Position numbers and translations under genes: made by a program
Shown here: in pieces, positions 4,850 to 10,430 of the stretch
Numbering within the stretch: the stretch's first letter is position 1
Layout of the letters: every line of letters begins with the position of its first letter
DNA from: Candidatus Auribacterota bacterium
GTDB lineage: Bacteria > Auribacterota > UBA6266
Reading direction: 5' to 3'
DNA: 10,430 nt
NCBI GenBank assembly: GCA_023136205.1
Contig: JAGLRQ010000099.1
Coordinates: 1 to 10,430 of the forward strand
The notes under the pieces: generated by a model
Seen by the model: the letters and a program-made list of their open reading frames with translations, nothing else
Databases searched by the model: none
What the model was told of the DNA's origin: nothing

Positions 4850-5074
4850 ATGCCAGGTGGAAATGGGACAGGCCCTTTTGGTGGAGGGCCGGGAACAGGC
4901 AGAGGTATGGGAGGAAGCGGCGGACGCGGCAGGATGGGGGGAAATCGCCCGGGCGCGGGCCCCGGCGGAGATTGCATCTGCCCTAAGTGTGGAGAAAAAG
5001 TATCTCATCAGGTAAGCGTTCCCTGCTATTCTATTGATTGCCCTAAATGTGGAACAAAAATGGTTAGAGGATAG
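4850..5074 (+). CDS. Mini-protein of 74 aa: a DUF5320-like Gly-rich N-terminus fused to a two-knuckle zinc ribbon
   Basis: This is ORF 4769..5074. The preferred start is ATG 4850, 6 nt after AAGGAGG (4837-4843). The N-terminus is MPGGNGTGPFGGGPGTGRGMGG and the C-terminus is C-I-CPKCG...PC....CPKCG. Confidence 0.75.
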   Translation: MPGGNGTGPFGGGPGTGRGMGGSGGRGRMGGNRPGAGPGGDCICPKCGEKVSHQVSVPCYSIDCPKCGTKMVRG

Positions 5075-5077
5075 AAT

Positions 5078-5926
5078 ATGATTATTGCTGTCGCCAGCGG
5101 AAAAGGTGGCACAGGTAAAACCACGGTCGCGGTGAATCTTGCACTGTCAAACTCAAACACGCAGCTTTCAGATTGCGATGTGGAAGAACCTAATGCCCAT
5201 ATTTTTATAAAACCAAAAATCAAAAATAAAGAGCTTATTTCTATTCCTGTGCCTGAAGTTGATAAATCTAAATGTGATGGCTGTGGCAGGTGCCAGGAGG
5301 TTTGCGCTTATAATGCCATAGCAGTTGTAAATAAAAAAGTGTTAATATTCCCCGAGCTTTGTCATGGGTGCGGCTCCTGCGGTTATTTCTGCCCTCAACA
5401 CGCGATAAAAGAAATAAATAAAGAAATTGGTTCTGTTGAAATCGGCAAAAGGGACAATTTGCTATTTGTGCATGGAAAGTTAAATATTGGCGAAGCAATG
5501 TCGCCGCCGCTCATAAAGGCAGTTAAAAAACATGTCAATCCCGCCCGAGTAAATATTATTGACGCGCCTCCGGGAACTTCCTGTCCTGTAATTACATCAA
5601 TAGAAGGAAGCGATTTTTGCCTTCTTGTTACCGAACCGACCCCCTTTGGATTAAATGACCTTATCCTCGCGGTTGAAGTCTTGAGGAAACTTGATATTCC
5701 CTTTGGTGTCGTTATCAACAGATCGGATTTAGGAGATAAAAAAACAGATGATTACTGTTCTCAGGAAAACATACCCGTACTTATGAGAATACCCTTCAAA
5801 AGAGAGATAGCTTCCGCTTATTCAAAAGGGATATCTATTGTTGAGGCATTCCCTGAATATAAAAAAGATTTTCAAGAGCTGCTGGATAATATTAGTAAGA
5901 TGGCAAAACAAAATAACAGAAGATAA
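5078..5926 (+). CDS. MinD/Mrp-class P-loop ATPase with an inserted 2x[4Fe-4S] ferredoxin domain (COG1149-like)
   Basis: The deviant Walker A is ASGKGGTGKTT. The inserted motifs are CDGCGRCQEVC and CHGCGSCGYFCP. Conserved extra cysteines occur in SDCDVEEPN and DAPPGTSCPV. The gene starts 3 nt after the previous stop. Confidence 0.9.
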   Translation: MIIAVASGKGGTGKTTVAVNLALSNSNTQLSDCDVEEPNAHIFIKPKIKNKELISIPVPEVDKSKCDGCGRCQEVCAYNAIAVVNKKVLIFPELCHGCGSCGYFCPQHAIKEINKEIGSVEIGKRDNLLFVHGKLNIGEAMSPPLIKAVKKHVNPARVNIIDAPPGTSCPVITSIEGSDFCLLVTEPTPFGLNDLILAVEVLRKLDIPFGVVINRSDLGDKKTDDYCSQENIPVLMRIPFKREIASAYSKGISIVEAFPEYKKDFQELLDNISKMAKQNNRR

Positions 5927-5941
5927 ATAATGGAGAGTTTA

Positions 5942-7282
5942 ATGGAAGAAAAAGTAGATATCCTTGTAATAGGCGGAGGCCCCGCTGGAATAATAAGCGC
6001 GGTAACCGCGAAAAAATATTACGCGAATAAGAAAATTTTGGTGATGAAAAGTATAGAAAACGGGGTTATCCCCTGCGGCATCCCCTATATGTTCGCGAGC
6101 CTGAAAAATCCCGATGAAAATAAGTTGGGTAATGCCGCTTTAGAAAAGAATAATATTAGTGTAATAGTAGACGAAGCGGTAAAAATTAATCGTGACAATA
6201 AAACAGTAGACACTAAAAATAAAAAAACATACCGTTATGAAAAATTAATACTGGCAATGGGTTCTTCGCCTGTTATCCCCCCTATCCCCGGCATCGATAA
6301 AAAAGGTATTTATCCAATATTTAAGGATATGGATTATCTTAAAAATGCTATAGAGCAAATTAGAAAGACAAAAAACATTGTCATATTAGGAGGCGGGTTT
6401 ATAGGAGTAGAATTTGCCGATGAAATTGCTAAAATCAAGGGCTTAAATGTGCATTTAGTAGAAATGCTTCCCGATTTACTGGCAAATTCTTTCGATTCAG
6501 AGTTTTCTAAGGCCGCGGAGGAAAAATTAAAATCTAAAGGGGTAACTGTTTTAACCGGCACTCGTATTGAAGAATTTACAGGTAACGAAAAGATAGAAGA
6601 AATTCGGCTTTCGGATGGAACAAAACTACCGGCCGACAGCGTAATTTTAGGCGCGGCGGCGGCTCCCGACACAAAACTAGCCGCTGACGCGGGGTTGGAT
6701 CTGGGCAGGGGGAAAGGAATATGGGTAGATGAATATATGCGGACAGTTGATCCGGATATTTTCGCCGTGGGAGACTGCGCCGGGAAAAAAGATTTTTATA
6801 CCCGCAAAGATGTTTCAGTAATGCTTGCTTCAACCGCGACTGCCGAGGCAAGGATTGCCGGGGCAAACCTTTATAAATTGAAAGTAGTGCGGGAAAACAA
6901 AGGAACAATAGCTATTTATTCAACTTATATTGATGGGTTGGTTTTAGGTTCGGCCGGGCTTACAGAGAATAGCGCTAAAAAAGAAAATTTTGAGATTGCG
7001 ACAGGTATTTCTAATGGAGTAGACAAACACCCTGCTACTTTACCGGGGACAAACAAAATTAAGGTTAAACTAATTTTTTCAAAACAATCAGGGATCATAT
7101 TAGGAGGACAGGTATACGGAGGCATATCGTGTGGTGAAATGATAAATTTAATAGGCCTTGCTATTCAAAAAAGAGTACTTTCTACAGAACTTGAAACGTT
7201 GCAAATGGCTACTCATCCTTATTTAACCAGCGCTCCAACGGTATATCCAATAGTGTTAGCCGCCCAGGATGCGTTTAAATAA
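5942..7282 (+). CDS. FAD-dependent pyridine nucleotide-disulfide oxidoreductase, single-Cys NADH oxidase/CoA-disulfide reductase type
   Basis: This is ORF 5930..7282. ATG 5942 has GGAG 6 nt upstream, and ATG 5930 is an alternative start. The FAD fold motif is DILVIGGGPAG, the NAD(P) fold motif is IVILGGGFIGVEFADE, and AVGDCAG is present. There is a single candidate redox Cys in GVIPCGIPY, comparable to the SF.NCG/ALPY motif of Nox/CoADR enzymes. Confidence 0.9.
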   Translation: MEEKVDILVIGGGPAGIISAVTAKKYYANKKILVMKSIENGVIPCGIPYMFASLKNPDENKLGNAALEKNNISVIVDEAVKINRDNKTVDTKNKKTYRYEKLILAMGSSPVIPPIPGIDKKGIYPIFKDMDYLKNAIEQIRKTKNIVILGGGFIGVEFADEIAKIKGLNVHLVEMLPDLLANSFDSEFSKAAEEKLKSKGVTVLTGTRIEEFTGNEKIEEIRLSDGTKLPADSVILGAAAAPDTKLAADAGLDLGRGKGIWVDEYMRTVDPDIFAVGDCAGKKDFYTRKDVSVMLASTATAEARIAGANLYKLKVVRENKGTIAIYSTYIDGLVLGSAGLTENSAKKENFEIATGISNGVDKHPATLPGTNKIKVKLIFSKQSGIILGGQVYGGISCGEMINLIGLAIQKRVLSTELETLQMATHPYLTSAPTVYPIVLAAQDAFK

Positions 7283-7314
7283 AAAATGATCGTAACATTT
7301 TAAAAGGATTGGTA

Positions 7315-8175
7315 ATGAAACAAATCGTTATAATAAGCGGCAAGGGAGGCACAGGAAAAACAGTAATTACAGGGGCATTTGCCGCTTTGGCAAAAAATAA
7401 GGTGATGGCTGATTGTGATGTTGACGCGGCAGATTTGCATCTATTATTAAAGCCGCAGATAAAAGAACGACATACCTTTAAAAGCGGCGCGACAGCGTTT
7501 ATTAATAAAGAACTCTGTACTCAGTGCGGAAAATGTGTTGAAGTATGCCGTTTTGATGCTATAAGCAAAGATTTTGTTATAGATTCTGTTTCCTGTGAGG
7601 GATGCGCGTTCTGTAGTTTCGCCTGTCCTGTTAACGCAATAACAATGGAAGAAAATGTTTCGGGCGAATGGTTTATATCGGACACACGTTTTGGATCTAT
7701 GGTGCACGCGAAACTTGGGATTGCCGAAGAAAATTCGGGAAAACTGGTTTCTTTAGTAAGGCAAAGAGCTAAGAAAATTGCTGAAGATGAAAAATCTGAT
7801 TGGATTATTATAGACGGTTCTCCCGGCATAGGGTGTCCGGTAATCGCTTCTCTCGGCGGCGTCAATTGTGCTTTAGTCGTCACCGAACCAACCTTATCAG
7901 GACTGCATGATGCTGATAGAGTTATAAAGGTTGCTAAACATTTTGGAGTACCAACTAAACTTGTGATAAATAAATATGATTTGAACTTGGAAATGACAAA
8001 AAACATAGAGCAGTACTGTCAGGATAATAACATTCAGCTTATCGGAAAGATAGGCTTCGATAAGGCTGTGGTGGAGGCAATGGTAGAAGGCAAGACAATA
8101 ATTGAGTATACGGATGGAAAAGCCAAAAGAGAAATTAGTGAAATGTGGGATAGGGTAGAAAAAGATATCCATTAG
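7315..8175 (+). CDS. Second MinD/Mrp-class ATPase with an inserted 2x[4Fe-4S] ferredoxin domain; paralog of 5078-5926
   Basis: This is ORF 7309..8175. The preferred start is ATG 7315, 6 nt after AAAGGA. Motifs are ISGKGGTGKT, CTQCGKCVEVC and CEGCAFCSFACP. The extra cysteines occur in ADCDVDAAD and DGSPGIGCPV. Confidence 0.9.
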   Translation: MKQIVIISGKGGTGKTVITGAFAALAKNKVMADCDVDAADLHLLLKPQIKERHTFKSGATAFINKELCTQCGKCVEVCRFDAISKDFVIDSVSCEGCAFCSFACPVNAITMEENVSGEWFISDTRFGSMVHAKLGIAEENSGKLVSLVRQRAKKIAEDEKSDWIIIDGSPGIGCPVIASLGGVNCALVVTEPTLSGLHDADRVIKVAKHFGVPTKLVINKYDLNLEMTKNIEQYCQDNNIQLIGKIGFDKAVVEAMVEGKTIIEYTDGKAKREISEMWDRVEKDIH

Positions 8176-8187
8176 TAAAAATCAAAA

Positions 8188-8964
8188 ATGGCAACAAAAA
8201 ATCTTAAATACATTTACGGGCCTGTCCCCTCCTGGAGATTGGGAAGTTCTTTGGGCATAGATCCTGTCTCATACAAAGAAAAAATTTGCAGTTTTGACTG
8301 TATTTATTGCCAATTGGGCAAAACAAAAGTGTTTTCTGATAAAAGAAAAATCTTCGTCCCTGTATCGAAAATTGTAGACGAATTAAAATTGTTGCCATCT
8401 ATAGAAATAGATTATATCACGTTTTCAGGCAGCGCAGAACCAACATTGGCTAAAAATTTGGGAACCATGATAAAAGCAACAAAGAAAATAAGGAATGAAA
8501 AAGTAGCAGTTTTAACCAATTCTTCCCTTTTAGATAAAAAAGACGTTCAGCAGAATTTATTGTTAGCCGATTTTGTCATAGCCAAACTTGACGCGGTTTC
8601 TCAAGAAACCTTTGAAATAATCAACAGCCCCCTGAAAACAATAAAATTTAATCCTGTTTTGAAGGGAATAAAGAATTTTCGAAGCATTTATAAAGGAAAA
8701 TTGGCGCTGCAGATAATGTTTGTTGAGCAAAACAAAAAACACGCGTCCGGAATCGCGCGGATGGCAAAAGAGATTAATCCTGATGAAGTACAAATCAATA
8801 CTCCTTTAAGGCCCTGTAGACTAAAGCCTTTATCGAAAGAAGAGTTACGTACTATAAAGAGCCATTTTAATGGTTTAAATAGTATTTCTGTATATGAAGC
8901 TGAAAAGAAAACGGTTAAGCCAATTAGCAGCGAAGATACATTGAAAAGGAGGGGTAAAATTTAA
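8188..8964 (+). CDS. Radical SAM enzyme, small and without an evident SPASM or other C-terminal cluster domain
   Basis: The CX3CX2C motif CSFDCIYC is near the N-terminus, and FSGSAEPTL is a GGE-like SAM-binding motif. The 258-aa length is consistent with a partial TIM barrel only. Confidence 0.85.
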   Translation: MATKNLKYIYGPVPSWRLGSSLGIDPVSYKEKICSFDCIYCQLGKTKVFSDKRKIFVPVSKIVDELKLLPSIEIDYITFSGSAEPTLAKNLGTMIKATKKIRNEKVAVLTNSSLLDKKDVQQNLLLADFVIAKLDAVSQETFEIINSPLKTIKFNPVLKGIKNFRSIYKGKLALQIMFVEQNKKHASGIARMAKEINPDEVQINTPLRPCRLKPLSKEELRTIKSHFNGLNSISVYEAEKKTVKPISSEDTLKRRGKI

Positions 8965-8967
8965 GAC

Positions 8968-9849
8968 ATGAAAACATATTTAGACTGCATCCCCTGCTTT
9001 TTTAAACAAGCTCTTGAGGCGGCAAGAATGGCTGGTGCCGGCGAGAGGATGCAAAAAAAGATATTAAATGAATTGGCCGAAATCCTGCCGGAATTTCCCT
9101 TAACTTCTTCCCCTCCTGAAATGGGCAGAATTATTTATGGGCTGGCTAGAAGGGTAACCCGGAGAGATGACCCTTATCTGAAGATAAAAGAAAAGAGCAA
9201 TCAACTTGCTCTGAATATTTATGGTAAGTTAAAAAAGAAAATAAGCCGTTCCCCTGATAAATTATTGATGGCGGTTAAGCTGGCTATTGCGGGTAATATT
9301 ATTGATTATGGCGTAAAAAATTCCCTGAATGTTGACGTGGAACTGGCAAAAATTCTAAACGAAGAAAATAAAGCTATTAACGAAGAAAAGAAGTCAATAT
9401 TTGATTACGCGAGATTTAAGAGTACTTTAAGGAGGGCAAAAACTATTCTTTACCTTGCTGACAATGCCGGAGAAACAGTTTTTGACCGCATTCTTATTGA
9501 GGAGATAAAAAGAATTGATGGAGATAAAAGAATTGTCTATGCTGTCAAAGAAAAGCCTGTTATTAACGACGCGTTAGTTGAAGATGCCTGTGTATGTGGG
9601 ATTGACAAATTAGCAAAGGTTATTTCTTCGGGCTCAGATGCTCCGGGAACAGTTCTTTCTTTATGTTCAAAAAATTTCTTAAGAATATACAAAAAAGCGG
9701 ATATGGTCATAAGTAAAGGACAGGGGAACTTCGAGGCCTTATCAACAACAAAAAGACAGGCCTTTTTTCTCCTCATGGCAAAGTGTCCGGTAATTGCCAA
9801 AGATGTTGGATGTGAAGTCGGGGATGTGATTTTAAGGAGTCTATTTTAA
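8968..9849 (+). CDS. DUF89 (ARMT1-like, damage-control phosphatase family) protein
   Basis: The N-terminal CIPCFFKQALEAA, plus the DNAGETVFD and SKGQGNFEAL motifs, match the metal-binding signatures of DUF89 proteins as I recall them. The gene starts 3 nt after the radical SAM stop. Confidence 0.85.
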   Translation: MKTYLDCIPCFFKQALEAARMAGAGERMQKKILNELAEILPEFPLTSSPPEMGRIIYGLARRVTRRDDPYLKIKEKSNQLALNIYGKLKKKISRSPDKLLMAVKLAIAGNIIDYGVKNSLNVDVELAKILNEENKAINEEKKSIFDYARFKSTLRRAKTILYLADNAGETVFDRILIEEIKRIDGDKRIVYAVKEKPVINDALVEDACVCGIDKLAKVISSGSDAPGTVLSLCSKNFLRIYKKADMVISKGQGNFEALSTTKRQAFFLLMAKCPVIAKDVGCEVGDVILRSLF

Positions 9850-10430
9850 ATGCGGTATATTCCTAAACTATTTGCCGGAGAAATCGAAGAAAATCATAAG
9901 CATTTTGAAGAACGCCTCTCCCTTTATAAAGAAAAGGGCCTTGATTTCTTTGAAAGCCGCAAATTTATATTAGAAAAAGCAAAACCTTTAGAAGGCAGCA
10001 TTTTGGAACTAGGCACCGGTACGGGATATACAACGCTTGCTTTGGCTAAAGCGGGGCACAAAATTATTTCTATAGACAAAGATAAAGAAACTTTAAAAAC
10101 GGCAGCATTAAATCTTGCTTACGCGAACGTTCTTTCCAGCGCTAAATTTTACATGATGGACGCAAAGCGTCTAACTTTTAAGAACAGTAATTTTAACAAC
10201 GTGGTTGCTGTAAACTTATTTCACCATATAGACAGTGCCAATAAAATGTTCGCGGAAATAGACAGAATATTGTACGCAAACGGCAAAATTGTTTTGTCCG
10301 ATTTTAACAAAAGAGGAATGGATACAGTTGATGCCGTACATAAACAAGAAGGCCACGTACATGAAAACAAATTCATTACCAAGTCTGATGTTTCTTCATA
10401 TTTTCGCGGCTTGGGATATAAGATTAAGAG
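9850..10430 (+). CDS. Class I SAM-dependent methyltransferase, 3'-truncated by the window edge
   Basis: This gene is not in the supplied ORF track because it is open-ended. ATG 9850 directly abuts the TAA at 9847-9849. I translated it by hand with no stop through 10430. Motif I is ILELGTGTGYTTLALAKAG, and VVAVNLFHHI and GKIVLSDF follow. Confidence 0.8.
   Translation, partial: MRYIPKLFAGEIEENHKHFEERLSLYKEKGLDFFESRKFILEKAKPLEGSILELGTGTGYTTLALAKAGHKIISIDKDKETLKTAALNLAYANVLSSAKFYMMDAKRLTFKNSNFNNVVAVNLFHHIDSANKMFAEIDRILYANGKIVLSDFNKRGMDTVDAVHKQEGHVHENKFITKSDVSSYFRGLGYKIK

Noticed and set aside
314-7314. The longest-ORF start codons from the track (314 TTG, 820, 2821, 3489 GTG, 4769, 5930, 7309 TTG)
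   Set aside because: In most cases an internal ATG or GTG sits at proper distance from a Shine-Dalgarno sequence, or overlaps the upstream stop (889), and yields a canonical N-terminus such as a signal peptide, MPRGDG, or MKQIVIISGKGG. The upstream extensions lack RBSs. The exception is 314 versus 350: ATG 350 has no Shine-Dalgarno either, and is preferred only as the first ATG and a possible leaderless start. Starts 314 and 5930 remain possible alternatives.
5395-8006. Antisense ORFs inside the ATPase and flavoprotein genes (5395-5718, 6334-6672, 6576-6908, 7447-7707, 7521-8006)
   Set aside because: Each lies wholly within a gene carrying unambiguous Walker A, ferredoxin or Rossmann motifs on the opposite strand. 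None has an RBS or a recognisable domain.
3498-8964. DUF5320 proteins read as RiPP precursors modified by the radical SAM enzyme
   Set aside because: The radical SAM protein shows no SPASM or twitch motif and no RRE-like domain. No leader protease or exporter is present. The DUF5320 proteins are 74-125 aa with structured C-termini. I kept this only as a remote possibility.
1-10430. A search for CRISPR arrays, tRNA or rRNA genes, known riboswitches, IS elements, and toxin-antitoxin or defence genes
   Set aside because: I found no regularly spaced repeats beyond those listed. I also found no cloverleaf-like segments, no transposase, integrase or nuclease motifs, and no recognisable defence-system domains in any frame I read.

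Overview
This is an AT-rich, densely coding prokaryotic fragment with Shine-Dalgarno RBSs and intrinsic-terminator hairpins. I saw no rRNA, tRNA, CRISPR array or transposase. The left third holds the last 19 codons of a cold-shock gene and a translationally coupled gene pair: a DUF2062/TIGR03546-like polytopic membrane protein and an AsmA/DUF748/TIGR03545-like anchored protein. A small secreted heptad-repeat protein is encoded convergently. From 2965 to the right edge runs one co-directional, tightly spaced 11-gene cluster. In order it encodes: a Fur-family regulator with an unusual N-terminal extension; a DUF5320 protein (RG/aromatic-rich plus coiled coil); two stand-alone NifX/NafY/MTH1175-like proteins; a DUF5320-like zinc-ribbon mini-protein; a MinD/Mrp-class ATPase with an inserted 2x[4Fe-4S] ferredoxin domain; a single-Cys Nox/CoADR-type flavoprotein; a second ferredoxin-ATPase paralog; a radical SAM enzyme; a DUF89 protein; and a class I SAM methyltransferase cut by the window end. 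Four points stand out. (i) The cluster looks like an uncharacterised, nif-independent metallocluster or cofactor assembly/trafficking system under Fur-family control. (ii) The regulator and both DUF5320 proteins start with the same MP(R/G)G(D/N)G(T/L)GP motif. (iii) A perfect 27-bp palindrome with a 7-1-7 Fur-box-like core lies between the regulator and the operon, and a degenerate copy lies at the regulator's own promoter. (iv) A 70-nt double-hairpin element occurs twice, with a compensatory stem substitution. All family names come from motif recognition by eye and memory, not from database searches.
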